64,000 bases of DNA from an uncultured Klebsiella sp. (lineage in GTDB: Bacteria; Verrucomicrobiota; Verrucomicrobiia; Limisphaerales; SXTU01): assembly GCA_964478755.1 (NCBI GenBank), contig CAYZJP010000006.1, forward strand, positions 5,350-69,349, written 5' to 3'. Positions 35,228 to 44,805 of this stretch are shown here, piece after piece. The notes beneath the pieces are model-generated. The model worked only from the letters and a program-made list of their open reading frames with translations. It was not told the origin of the DNA and ran no database searches. A program made the translations under genes and the position numbers. Positions within the stretch are counted from its first letter, which is position 1; every line of letters starts with the position of its first letter.

Positions 35228-35362
35228 GGCGAACGGTGTAATTATAGTCGACGAACTGGAAAATCATTCTCCCTGGCGACAAACTGGAGGCGGAAGTTAC
35301 GTAAGTCAATGGCCTCGGCTTGCGAAGGCCTCAGCGAGGAATCCGACATTTCGTGCATTGGC

Positions 35363-36028
35363 TCACAAGTCACGTTGCCAGGTGATGTTCGAACGAAGCA
35401 CTTTCGCCGGAGTCCCCCCAATCAAGGAGTGCGGCGGATAATCCGCCGCGCACACCAAGGAATGACTTGCGACGACAATGCCGTCCCCCAGTCGAGCACC
35501 CTTGAGCACGCTGCTTCCATGGGCAACCCACACACGATTTCCAATGACTACGTCAGCCTGCGATGCCTGGCCATGAATTTCGTGCCAGTTCGAATCAGTG
35601 ACGAGGACGTTCCATGCACACAAGAAGTCATGACCAATCCGCACGCTGCGTTGGACCATGATGGTCGAGTTACAGGTTATCCCAGAATCCGATTCCAAGC
35701 GCTTCCCACCGATGTGCAGCGAAGCGCCTGCGGCGACGAAAATTCGCACGCCATTGCCAATCGTAAAATTGCCGTCGATTCGCAGCATACCTCCCTTGTG
35801 TATGACGATAGCCGCCGCCTCGTTTCCTCCCAAAAACGAGACCACTCGAAGGCTGCCGTTCAAAATCAGCTTGGCACCTGGCTCCTTGACTACATCGAAA
35901 GGGAAGCGGGGATGCTGACATAGTTCGATACTCCCTTTGCCCTCATCCACCAGCCGGCCAAGCCGTCGCTCCTCCAAGCCTCGCAACACTTTGCGAAACA
36001 CACGAACAGGCAAGGAGACTTTTGTCAC
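35363..36028 (-). CDS. Hexapeptide-repeat acetyltransferase
   Basis: The C-terminal half is typical of this fold: VIGNRVWVAHGSSVLKGARLGDGIVVASHSLV...LIGGTPAKVL. Confidence 0.75.
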   Translation of the reverse strand: MTKVSLPVRVFRKVLRGLEERRLGRLVDEGKGSIELCQHPRFPFDVVKEPGAKLILNGSLRVVSFLGGNEAAAIVIHKGGMLRIDGNFTIGNGVRIFVAAGASLHIGGKRLESDSGITCNSTIMVQRSVRIGHDFLCAWNVLVTDSNWHEIHGQASQADVVIGNRVWVAHGSSVLKGARLGDGIVVASHSLVCAADYPPHSLIGGTPAKVLRSNITWQRDL

Positions 36029-36167
36029 AAGAGCGGGCCGGGCTTGACCCGGCTTGACAGATCAACAATCGGTGCGGACCCGTCATCTGGGAAACCGCGA
36101 GATCTTCGCTGCCACGACGAATGAAGGCCCCGTGTTTTAGGATTAGCAGACAAGCCCATCCGGAAAA

Positions 36168-37265
36168 TCAGGCCGCATCAGAAACCCACGCGCGTTTAAG
36201 GCTCCGCCAGCGTCGTTTCGTCGGTTCCGGCAGCCGACCATAGGCTGCGTTAAGCAGGACAGGTAAGGCCGCGCTCAGGGCACGCAACTTGGCCAGAACT
36301 GTGCGTTGAGTCTCCAGAACCTTGAGCACACATTTCCACAAGTGAGGCAGGCTGCGGTGCCTCTTGAACAACAGTTTCACTGTCTTCCACTGCGTGCGCA
36401 CGAACTGCCGCTCGGCGTGGAGCAGATATTCTTGGCTGACCCCGAGGCGGCGATACTCCTTCAGGATGAAAGGCTGGACGTGGTTCAACAGATCGAGCAC
36501 CTCATCAGCCCACTCCTGTGCGCCGCTGCTCTGCACGGCGCAGGCTTCCGGAATGAAGTGGAAGCTGCAGTGCCCCTCGCAGGCGTAAAGGATGGCCAGA
36601 TGCGGAAAGGTGTTATTAAGGTTCGTGAAGAGACCGTCGCATCCAATGCGTTTGAGATCCAACTCGGCAATCCGCGCACGCCACACCGACGGCTTGAAGA
36701 TATGCGCCGGTATGCCGCAGAAGATGGAGATATCGCCGCCGCCGCATTCCAGGATGTCGCGCAGATGGTCGCTGCGCACGTCCTGTGCGTGCGGTGTGAT
36801 GCGCGCCTGCCACAGTTCGTTCATCGGCACGGAAACGCGGCCATTGAACACTATCAGCCAGTCGTCCAGAGACATCGTCGCCACATTCAGCAGAAGATAG
36901 TCCGCCGCCTCAGGGAGGGTGATCGCCGCCAGCACGCGGGCGATGCCTTCCTGCAGAGGGAAATCATCGTCGCCCAACATCCAGCAGTAGTCCGCACGCG
37001 GCATCTCGGTCCCCAGCCAGAAGAAGTGAGCATGTGCATGGACGTGCTGGTCTGGCTGCACGGCGCGCAATTGCGGCCAATCGGCAAAACGGTCTATCAC
37101 CGCCTGAGTATTGTCCGTGGAATGATTGTTGGAGACGACGACTTCGATAGCTGAACCGAACGGCTCCACTTGCCGGCGCATCCAAGCCAACGATTTCTCC
37201 AGCACTTTCGCCCGGTTGTAGGTGGGCACAAGAATGCTGAGCAACACGGGGAACTTTCTAGCCAT
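36168..37265 (-). CDS. Glycosyltransferase family 2
   Basis: ORF 36168..37334 trimmed to the ATG at 37265 (MARKFPVLLSILVPTYNRAKVL). Motifs VVSNNHSTDNT and GDDD. Confidence 0.8.
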   Translation of the reverse strand: MARKFPVLLSILVPTYNRAKVLEKSLAWMRRQVEPFGSAIEVVVSNNHSTDNTQAVIDRFADWPQLRAVQPDQHVHAHAHFFWLGTEMPRADYCWMLGDDDFPLQEGIARVLAAITLPEAADYLLLNVATMSLDDWLIVFNGRVSVPMNELWQARITPHAQDVRSDHLRDILECGGGDISIFCGIPAHIFKPSVWRARIAELDLKRIGCDGLFTNLNNTFPHLAILYACEGHCSFHFIPEACAVQSSGAQEWADEVLDLLNHVQPFILKEYRRLGVSQEYLLHAERQFVRTQWKTVKLLFKRHRSLPHLWKCVLKVLETQRTVLAKLRALSAALPVLLNAAYGRLPEPTKRRWRSLKRAWVSDAA

Positions 37266-37352
37266 GGGAAAGAAGCGTAGTTTGGAGTGTGAGCGGCGGC
37301 CATCCACTTGGCGTTTGTGCAGGCAGCTTAACACTAATTCATTGCGGAATCC

Positions 37353-39092
37353 TCAAGTGCCCTCCATCTCCAGCGGCTTCGCATACGGCTCCATCTCGGC
37401 GATGGACCGGCCGAAGGCCATTTTCGGATAGGCGTTTGCTGCGGTGGCAATGACTACCTCCAACAGGAACGGTGCGGCAGGGTCGGCCCAGCAGTCAGCC
37501 AGCGCGGCGGGAAGGTCATCAGATTCGGCGACAAGTGCGGACGGAACCCCGTAGGCTTGGGCCACCGACTTGAACGACGGGGCGGAGTAGCCCCAGAGCG
37601 TGGACTGGTAGCGCTCCTTGAAATAGGCCTCCTGAAACTGGCGCACCATGCCGTGGCACTGGTTGTTGAGCACGATCATTTTCAACGGCAACTGTTGCCG
37701 AACAACCGTCTGCAACTCTTGAATGTTGAGTTGGAAGCCGCCGTCCCCGGCGACGACCACGATGGGCCGGCTGCCGGCTGCAAGGCAGGCACCGATCGCA
37801 GCCGGCAACGCAAACCCCATCGCGCCCATGCCGCCAGAAGTGAGAAACCGCTGGCCCGGCCCGAGAACGAGCGACTGCGCAGCCCACATTTGGTGCTGGC
37901 CCACGTCCACAACGAACGCGGCGGCGACATCCGCCCGCGCGGAAACATGATGCATCAGCACGTTGGGATTGATGCCGGGCACGCCGTCCAGCTCGCGCGT
38001 ATCTGGCCATTGGGCCTTGAGCTGGCTGATGCGTCCGGTCCAGTCCGGGCGGGGCACTAGCGGACCGGGATGTTTTGCCGCGCAGGCCAGAAATGGTTGC
38101 AGCTCGCTCACGAGCGCGTGGCAGCCTTGGACCCGGTTGTTCATTTCATCCGGCTCGCAATCCACATGGTAGATGGCACGCCGCCCCTTGAAGTCGGTCG
38201 TATCGGCCCCGGTCTGGCGCACGTCCAAACGGCTGCCCAGCACGAGGAGAAAATCACTTTCACTCAAGGCGATGTTGGCCCAGCGATTTCCGTAGGAACC
38301 GATCAAACCCACACGCAACGGGTCTTCCGACGGCAAAACGTCCACCGCCATCAAGGAATGGACCACGGGCACTTGCAGACGCTGGCACCAAGCGCGAAAG
38401 CCCTCGGTGGCGCGGCCCGACCGGATGCCGCCACCGGCCAGGATCAAGGGTCGCTTCGCAGCGGCCAAGGCGGCGCAAACCCGCGACCAAAACTCCACCG
38501 ACTCCCGCGGCTCGCCCGCAATGAGCAGCGGCGGTGTGTTCAGTGCCAGCTTTTCAAGCCGACTCAAGTCCGTGATCTCTGCCCGTTGCACATCCATCGG
38601 GATATCTAGCAGCACCGGGCCAGGGCGTCCGCGCGTCGCTAGGGCGAAGGCTTCCTCTAACAGACGGGGCAGGTCGTCCGGCTGGTTGACCAGCCAGGCC
38701 GCCTTGGTCACGGGCTTCGCCATCGCCACGATGTCAGTCTCTTGAAAACCAAGCTGGCGGACGGCGCGATCACCCTTTTGCTCGTGACGGTTCACTTGAC
38801 CCGTGATGAACACGGCGGGAGTGGAATCAAAGTAGCAGCTCCCGATGGCCGTCAGCAGGTTGGTCGCCCCGGGACCACTGGTGGCCATGGCCACACCGGG
38901 CACGCCCGTGATCCGTCCATATCCCTCGGCGGCAAATCCGGCACCCTGCTCATGGTGCATGCTGACAATCTTGATCTGCGTCCGTTGGTGGAGCGAGTCG
39001 AGCAGAAAGGCGATCATCCCGCCGATCAACTCAAAGACATGAGTGACCTGCCGGCGTTCCAAATACAGCGCGATGTAATCGGCGGCTTTCAT
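37353..39092 (-). CDS. Thiamine-diphosphate-dependent enzyme, acetolactate synthase large-subunit family (YerE-like candidate)
   Basis: ORF 37353..39125 trimmed to the ATG at 39092. TPP motif GGMGAMGFALPAAIGA...VVVAGDGGFQLNIQEL. The gene lies directly downstream of the rfbF/G/H genes and the SDR. Confidence 0.8.
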   Translation of the reverse strand: MKAADYIALYLERRQVTHVFELIGGMIAFLLDSLHQRTQIKIVSMHHEQGAGFAAEGYGRITGVPGVAMATSGPGATNLLTAIGSCYFDSTPAVFITGQVNRHEQKGDRAVRQLGFQETDIVAMAKPVTKAAWLVNQPDDLPRLLEEAFALATRGRPGPVLLDIPMDVQRAEITDLSRLEKLALNTPPLLIAGEPRESVEFWSRVCAALAAAKRPLILAGGGIRSGRATEGFRAWCQRLQVPVVHSLMAVDVLPSEDPLRVGLIGSYGNRWANIALSESDFLLVLGSRLDVRQTGADTTDFKGRRAIYHVDCEPDEMNNRVQGCHALVSELQPFLACAAKHPGPLVPRPDWTGRISQLKAQWPDTRELDGVPGINPNVLMHHVSARADVAAAFVVDVGQHQMWAAQSLVLGPGQRFLTSGGMGAMGFALPAAIGACLAAGSRPIVVVAGDGGFQLNIQELQTVVRQQLPLKMIVLNNQCHGMVRQFQEAYFKERYQSTLWGYSAPSFKSVAQAYGVPSALVAESDDLPAALADCWADPAAPFLLEVVIATAANAYPKMAFGRSIAEMEPYAKPLEMEGT

Positions 39093-39103
39093 TCCGGGTG
39101 AAA

Positions 39104-40153
39104 TCAAACGGCAGCTCGCCACCAATTGGCCGTGCGACAGATGGCCTCGTTCAGAGGGATAGCCCCTTGGAGTCCCAGTTCCGTTGCGGCCCGGTTCACG
39201 TCCGGCACGTAACGGGAGGATGGCTGGCCTGGCACAGGTGATTGGTTCACCCGCACCGGCTGCGCGCAGTTCAAAGCTGTTTGCACCAACTCAGCTAGTT
39301 GCGCGATGGACACCGCTTGATTCGAACCGACGTTGTAAGCCCGTGCGGGAGTGCCTCGGACCAAGATCGTCCACAGCCACGCCACAAGATCGGCGGCGTA
39401 GAGATAGCTGCGATATGGCGTGCCGTCACCCCGCACTTGGATGGGCTGGCCCGCCAGCACGTCGCGAATGAAGTTGCCGATGGCAAACTGTCCGTCCAAC
39501 GGCAAGTGCGGACCGACGAAGGCGAAGCAGCGCGCCACCTTCACCGCGCAGTGGGTGCGCTGGGTCGCAAGCATACTCAACTGTTCCGCTGCGCGCTTGC
39601 CCTCACCGTAGGCGGATGCCACGTCCAACGGATCGGGTCCGCCACCAAAGTCTTCGGGAATATGCGTGAGATCGGACGGCTGCCGTCCGTAAACCGCACC
39701 GGAACTCACAAAGAGTAGCTTGCGCGTGCCGCGTTCAGCCGCGAACTGCAACACACGCCGAGAGCCATCCACAATCGTGTCGAACATCTCCTGCGGTTCA
39801 ACCGCCTCGTTTGTGGCCGTCCCCGCATGGATGACGTGAGAATAAATTCCGGCTGGGAAAACAAAATCACGCACATCGCCGCTGACTAGCTCGATGTCGC
39901 TCCGGCAGGTCAGGTGCGGAACCTTGGCGGCGAACACGCCGGGATTTCTGGTCAACACCACCGCCCGCGCTCCCAGACCCAGTGATTGATTCGCCCGGGC
40001 AAAACTCTCCAACAGCCAGCAGCCAAAAAACCCGGTGCCGCCGGTGATGAAAATTTGTTGACCGCGCAACTCCGCCCACAGGTCACGCGTCTGCTCCAGA
40101 ATCAAGGTCAAGTCCTCGTCGGGCAGCGGCGGGAGTGGTTGGGACAATTTCAC
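39104..40153 (-). CDS. NAD(P)-dependent sugar reductase/epimerase (extended SDR)
   Basis: Motifs FITGGTGFFGCWL and YGEGK. Sits between rfbH and the TPP enzyme. Confidence 0.8.
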   Translation of the reverse strand: MKLSQPLPPLPDEDLTLILEQTRDLWAELRGQQIFITGGTGFFGCWLLESFARANQSLGLGARAVVLTRNPGVFAAKVPHLTCRSDIELVSGDVRDFVFPAGIYSHVIHAGTATNEAVEPQEMFDTIVDGSRRVLQFAAERGTRKLLFVSSGAVYGRQPSDLTHIPEDFGGGPDPLDVASAYGEGKRAAEQLSMLATQRTHCAVKVARCFAFVGPHLPLDGQFAIGNFIRDVLAGQPIQVRGDGTPYRSYLYAADLVAWLWTILVRGTPARAYNVGSNQAVSIAQLAELVQTALNCAQPVRVNQSPVPGQPSSRYVPDVNRAATELGLQGAIPLNEAICRTANWWRAAV

Positions 40154-40159
40154 GACGAC

Positions 40160-41581
40160 TTAAGCGTGAGACATGACGAACTGGCGAATCGTGGCCAGCT
40201 CGAAGGCGAGCATTTCGTCCGTCAACCCGGGATAGGTGCCGAGGAAGAGCGCGGTGCGCATGATCGCATCGGCCCCGGCCAGCGTGCCGGCGACACGGAA
40301 GGACGAAGGACGGTCCTGTTTGAGTTGAACAAACGCGGGCTGACGCAGGAGGTTGCCGCCGAAGAGCATCCGGTTGCCGATTTTTTTTGCTTCCAAGTGC
40401 CGGGCCAATTCCGTGCGGGTGAAGGGCGCCGCCGGCTTGACGAGCAACAAGAAACCGAACCACGAGCAGTCGGTGCGATGGCCGCTAGCATCCCACATGA
40501 AGCCGTCCGGCGTCCACCCCGTCGCGTGCGTGGGCAATTGGAAGGTGAAGAATTCTTCGAGGTCGGCCAGCCCTTTGCGCAAGGCCTGCCAGTTGTCCAC
40601 GCGGGCGCGCACGAAGTCGGGCAGCTTCCGCAACTGCGCGCGGCCGATGGCGGCCTGCGGGTCCAGCGGCTTCAGGTTGTAGCCGAGGTGGCTGTAAATG
40701 TATTTGTGGTCATAGCCTTCCGGCAGTTCGCCGAGCTGCCAGCCGAAGCGCTTGTTGCAGGTGTTGTCCACGCCGCTCGCGCACCAGCAATCGCGGCCCC
40801 AGTCGCGGAAGCTCTCGACGAGCACCTTGAGCTTCATGTCCCGCACCACGTTCACCGCGCCGCCCTCGCCCATTGTCAGGTGATGCGGCGGGTAGAACGA
40901 CTGCGTGGACAGGTCGCCGAATGTGCCGGTCAGCTTGCCGTCGTAACGGCAGCCGAGCGCGTCGCAGTTGTCCTCGATGAGCCACAAGTTGTGGCGGCGG
41001 CAGAACTCCGCGACGGCCGCGAGGTCGAAGGGATTGCCCAGCGTGTGCGCCATGAAGATGGCCTTGGTCTTGCCCGGCGCGAAGGCCGCCTCAAGCTGGT
41101 CCACGCGGGCGTTGAGCGTCAGCGGATCGTTGTCAATGAACACGGGCACGCAGCCGTTCTGGAGGATGGGCGCGACGGTGGTGGGAAAACCGGCGGCGGT
41201 GGTGATGACCTCGTCGCCGGGACGCAATCGGCGGTCGCCGAGCTTGTGGCTGGTGAGCGCGGAGAAGGCGAGGAGGTTGGCGGAGGAGCCGGAGTTGACG
41301 AGGATGGATTTCTTGACGCCGAGATACGCGGCCAACTCGCGCTCAAAGGCGTCGCCTTCCGGACCGAGCGTGAGCCAGAAATCCAGCGTCGCACTGACAG
41401 CGGCCTCCACTTCGTCTTCGGTGAAGACGCGGCCCGCGTAGGGGATTGCGGTCTGGCCCGGGACGAATTCGGCCAGCCCATCGTTCGGCGTGTATCCCGG
41501 CCGGTTGGCGCAGTGCATCTGCCGGGAATACTCGCGGGTGAGGCGGAGTATTTCGGCTTTCAGTTGGGAGGGCGAGGACAT
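40160..41581 (-). CDS. rfbH: CDP-6-deoxy-L-threo-D-glycero-4-hexulose 3-dehydrase (E1; RfbH/DdhC-type)
   Basis: ORF 40160..41623 trimmed to the ATG at 41581. DegT fold in which His replaces the PLP lysine: SFYPPHHLTMGEGG here versus SFHATKVFNSMEGG in the DegT gene at 34070. Confidence 0.85.
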   Translation of the reverse strand: MSSPSQLKAEILRLTREYSRQMHCANRPGYTPNDGLAEFVPGQTAIPYAGRVFTEDEVEAAVSATLDFWLTLGPEGDAFERELAAYLGVKKSILVNSGSSANLLAFSALTSHKLGDRRLRPGDEVITTAAGFPTTVAPILQNGCVPVFIDNDPLTLNARVDQLEAAFAPGKTKAIFMAHTLGNPFDLAAVAEFCRRHNLWLIEDNCDALGCRYDGKLTGTFGDLSTQSFYPPHHLTMGEGGAVNVVRDMKLKVLVESFRDWGRDCWCASGVDNTCNKRFGWQLGELPEGYDHKYIYSHLGYNLKPLDPQAAIGRAQLRKLPDFVRARVDNWQALRKGLADLEEFFTFQLPTHATGWTPDGFMWDASGHRTDCSWFGFLLLVKPAAPFTRTELARHLEAKKIGNRMLFGGNLLRQPAFVQLKQDRPSSFRVAGTLAGADAIMRTALFLGTYPGLTDEMLAFELATIRQFVMSHA

Positions 41582-41585
41582 CGGG

Positions 41586-42707
41586 TCAAGAGCAAGCCCA
41601 CGCCAACTGGCGGGCACGGGCATCCGCCGCGTAGGCGCTGATTTGGTTGCGGGTGCGGGCTAGGGCGTCCTCTGCGTGAGCGTGGTCAGCCTGATACCAG
41701 CGCGCTGTTTCCGCCACCGCGTGGCTGAAGTCCCAGACGGGCTGCCAACCGAGCAGGTGATGCGCCTTGTCCGTGGCCACCTGGAGCAAACGGGCTTCAT
41801 GCACAGCCTGCGGGTCACTGCGGTCTTCCCAGCGGCCCGGCCAGTGGCGGAGGAATTCTTGGACCACTTCGGCCACCGTGCGGTTGGATTCGTTGTCCGG
41901 CCCGAAGTTGAAGGCGCTGCAAAACACGGCAGGCTCGAACAGCCGCAGGGCGGGTTGGGCCAACACCGCCCCGAGCCACAGGTAGCCGCTCAAGGGTTCA
42001 AGCACATGCTGCCACGGGCGGGTGGCGGTTCGGTTGCGGACGGCGATGACCTCACTCCGGCGCAGCGCACGTGCGCAGTCCGGCACGAGCCGGTCAGGGG
42101 CCCAGTCGCCGCCGCCGATGACGTTGCCCGCGCGCGCACTGGCAACCTTCACCGCCTGCGAGTCAGGGAAGAAGGATTTGCGCCATGATTGAATGGCCAG
42201 CTCGGCGGCGGCCTTGCTGGAACTGTAGGGATCGTGCCCGCCGAGCCGGTCGCCCTCCCGATAGCCATGCATCCACTCGCGGTTCTCGTAGCACTTGTCC
42301 GTGGTGACGAAGACGGCGGCGCAGGGATTCTGCAAGCCGCGCAGGGCATCAAGGACGTTTGCCGTGCCAATCACGTTCGTGGCGTAGGTTTCAAGCGGTT
42401 GCTCGTAGGACAGCCTCACCAGAGGCTGGGCAGCTAGATGGAACACAAAGTCCGGCCGGGCCGCATGAAGGGAACGGCGGACGGCGGCAACATCGCGCAC
42501 ATCGCCAATCTCGTGGCGCATCCTTGAGGCAAGGCCAAGCTGTTCAAACAACGCCGGCTCAGTGATGGGGGCCAGCGCAAAGCCATGCACGCGTGCGCCA
42601 AGCGCCAGCAGCCATTCCGCCAACCAGGAGCCCTTGAAGCCCGTGTGGCCGGAAAGCCAGACGGTGCGATTTTGATAGGCCTGTCCGAACATCACCATGT
42701 TTTCCAT
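41586..42707 (-). CDS. rfbG: CDP-glucose 4,6-dehydratase
   Basis: Motifs LSGHTGFKGSWL and YSSSK. The start is one of the ATGs at 42707, 42698 or 42692. Confidence 0.88.
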   Translation of the reverse strand: MENMVMFGQAYQNRTVWLSGHTGFKGSWLAEWLLALGARVHGFALAPITEPALFEQLGLASRMRHEIGDVRDVAAVRRSLHAARPDFVFHLAAQPLVRLSYEQPLETYATNVIGTANVLDALRGLQNPCAAVFVTTDKCYENREWMHGYREGDRLGGHDPYSSSKAAAELAIQSWRKSFFPDSQAVKVASARAGNVIGGGDWAPDRLVPDCARALRRSEVIAVRNRTATRPWQHVLEPLSGYLWLGAVLAQPALRLFEPAVFCSAFNFGPDNESNRTVAEVVQEFLRHWPGRWEDRSDPQAVHEARLLQVATDKAHHLLGWQPVWDFSHAVAETARWYQADHAHAEDALARTRNQISAYAADARARQLAWACS

Positions 42708-43465
42708 GGAGCGTCGCCCGCCTGCCACATCTGGGTGAGCATCTGCTGCTCGCGATAGGTGTCCATGCATTGCCAGAAACCGTGATGCTTGTAGGCCCGC
42801 ACCTGTCCCTGTTCAGCCAACCGACCCAACGGCTCCCGCTCCAGCACGCAATCGTCACCCGACAGATATTCGGCGATGCGCCGGTTAAGCACAAAGAAGC
42901 CGCCGTTGATATATTGGTCCTCCCTGACCTGTTTCTCCCTGAACGCCGCGACGCGCTCACCGGTGAGGACTAAATCGCCAAAGCGTCCGGCTGGCTGGAC
43001 AGCAGTGAGTGTGGCGACGGCACCCTGTCTCTGATGAAATGCGAGGGAAGCTTTGATGTCGCAGTTCGACAGCCCATCGCCGTATGTCAGGAAAAAGTCA
43101 TCTGTGTCAATGTGCGGCAGGGCGCGTTGGAGCCGGCCTCCAGTCATGGTGTTCAACCCGGTGTCGAGCAGTGTGACGGTCCAGTCCTCCTCGGCGTGCG
43201 TGTTGTGGTAGCGGACTTGTGGATTGCGCCCCAACCTGAGGGTCACGTCGCTCGTGTTCCAGTGGTAGTTCCGGAAGTAGTCCTTGATAACCTCGCCCTT
43301 GTAACCAAGGCAGAGGATGAAATCCTTGAACCCATGGCTGGCATAACCCTTCATGATGTGCCAGAGGACGGGCTGATCGCCGACGGGCACCATGGGCTTG
43401 GGGCGGAATTCAGTCTCTTCGCGCAGACGGGTGCCCAACCCGCCGCAGAGGATGACGACTTTCAT
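42692..43465 (-). CDS. rfbF: Glucose-1-phosphate cytidylyltransferase
   Basis: MKVVILCGGLGTRLREETEFRPKPMVPVG. Start computed from ORF 42692..43531, forming an ATGA overlap with the wzt stop. Confidence 0.9.
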   Translation of the reverse strand: MKVVILCGGLGTRLREETEFRPKPMVPVGDQPVLWHIMKGYASHGFKDFILCLGYKGEVIKDYFRNYHWNTSDVTLRLGRNPQVRYHNTHAEEDWTVTLLDTGLNTMTGGRLQRALPHIDTDDFFLTYGDGLSNCDIKASLAFHQRQGAVATLTAVQPAGRFGDLVLTGERVAAFREKQVREDQYINGGFFVLNRRIAEYLSGDDCVLEREPLGRLAEQGQVRAYKHHGFWQCMDTYREQQMLTQMWQAGDAPWKTW

Positions 43466-44805
43466 AAGGTGGAAGCTGCCGACAACTGCCTCGTGTGCCA
43501 AGGCAGGCGCGGGCGGATAGCGCCGATCCACATCCCGGTGTATTCCTTGCGCATCGCTCCATGGTCCACGGCATTGAATGTGAGGATTTCGTTGCGGGCC
43601 ACGCGAACGGCCCCGGCCCCGTTCAACAGAAAGACGCTCAACGAGTGGGGTCCGTCATTGAGGAAGTTTGCCGGAATGGTGAGGCAGCTTTGATAACGCC
43701 CAAAAGGATGCGGTCGCATGGCCCACTCGTCCCTACCTGCGTTGGCGGAGGGCGCGTTGGCAGTGGCGAACAGACAGCCTCCCAAGCCGGAGTTCACATG
43801 GATGCTAACCAGCACGGAAGTCCCGGCGCGTAAGACCTCGTAGTCCACCTGCACCTGGATATCCTGGTCCATGTTGGCCTCAGAGGTCACCTCGCCACTC
43901 GAAACAACACGCACGCCCCAGAGGCGCAGCGCGGCGTCCTGCGGGCATTCGTTCGCATCGCTCCATTCCACGGCACCACCGGAGGATCGCAACACGTGCA
44001 GGTATTGCTCGATGGTCTTCTCCACGGCATCGAACACGCGTAACCGGCCACGCTCCAGCAGGAGTCCCTGGCGGCACAAGGTTCGCACGACGGCCATGTT
44101 GTGGCTGACAAAGATCACCGTGCGCCCGCCACGGCTCACGTCCTGCATCTTTCCCAAGCACTTCTTCTGAAACTCAGCGTCGCCCACGGCCAGCACCTCA
44201 TCCACGATCAGGATTTCCGGCTCCAAGTGCGCCGCGACCGCGAAGGCCAGCCGCACATACATGCCCGAGCTGTAACGCTTGACCGGCGTGTCGAGAAACT
44301 TTTCAACCTCCGCAAAGGCCACGATCTCGTCGAATTTGATACGGATTTCGGCCCGAGTCATCCCGAGGATGGCTCCGTTCAGAAAGATGTTCTCCCGGCC
44401 AGTTAGCTCAGGATGAAAGCCCGTCCCGACTTCCAGCAGACTCGCCACCCGTCCTCGCAGGCGGATGCGCCCAGTGGTCGGCTCGGTGATGCGGCTCAAT
44501 AGCTTCAGGAGCGTGGATTTGCCAGCGCCGTTCCGCCCAATGATGCCAACCACCTCGCCCTGCTTTATCTCGAAGGATACATCCTTCAACGCCCAAAAAT
44601 CTTCCTCAGCGGATCTGGAAGAAGTGTTCAGCGCCTGACTCTGGCCCTCTCCGCGAGCGAGGCGGAGTGGCGAAAGCCGGCGGGCAAGATCCTTAACCTT
44701 GTCTGCAATCACATCGCGGAGAGCCGTGTAACGCTCGCGCTTCTGCTGGTGCTGGATGCGGTAGCACTTGCCAAGATTTTCAACCGTGATGATGGCTTCA
44801 GACAT
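43462..44805 (-). CDS. wzt: Polysaccharide ABC exporter ATP-binding protein with extended C-terminal domain (Wzt-type)
   Basis: Walker A GRNGAGKST, signature YSSGMYVRL and Walker B ILIVDEVLAVGD, plus about 190 extra C-terminal residues. Confidence 0.88.
   Translation of the reverse strand: MSEAIITVENLGKCYRIQHQQKRERYTALRDVIADKVKDLARRLSPLRLARGEGQSQALNTSSRSAEEDFWALKDVSFEIKQGEVVGIIGRNGAGKSTLLKLLSRITEPTTGRIRLRGRVASLLEVGTGFHPELTGRENIFLNGAILGMTRAEIRIKFDEIVAFAEVEKFLDTPVKRYSSGMYVRLAFAVAAHLEPEILIVDEVLAVGDAEFQKKCLGKMQDVSRGGRTVIFVSHNMAVVRTLCRQGLLLERGRLRVFDAVEKTIEQYLHVLRSSGGAVEWSDANECPQDAALRLWGVRVVSSGEVTSEANMDQDIQVQVDYEVLRAGTSVLVSIHVNSGLGGCLFATANAPSANAGRDEWAMRPHPFGRYQSCLTIPANFLNDGPHSLSVFLLNGAGAVRVARNEILTFNAVDHGAMRKEYTGMWIGAIRPRLPWHTRQLSAASTL

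Noticed and set aside
35300-35362. Short GC stems (GGCCT...AGGCC, CCTC...GAGG) downstream of the hexapeptide acetyltransferase as a terminator. A similar GCCGGG-CTTGA-CCCGGC stem occurs at about 36035-36051.
   Set aside because: The stems are only 4-6 bp with large or irregular loops and no following T tract. They are not convincing intrinsic terminators.
40381-40388. An A8 (coding strand) homopolymer inside rfbH as another possible slippage switch.
   Set aside because: The reading frame is intact through it (EAKKIGN). A single Lys-Lys-encoding A run is not unusual enough on its own.
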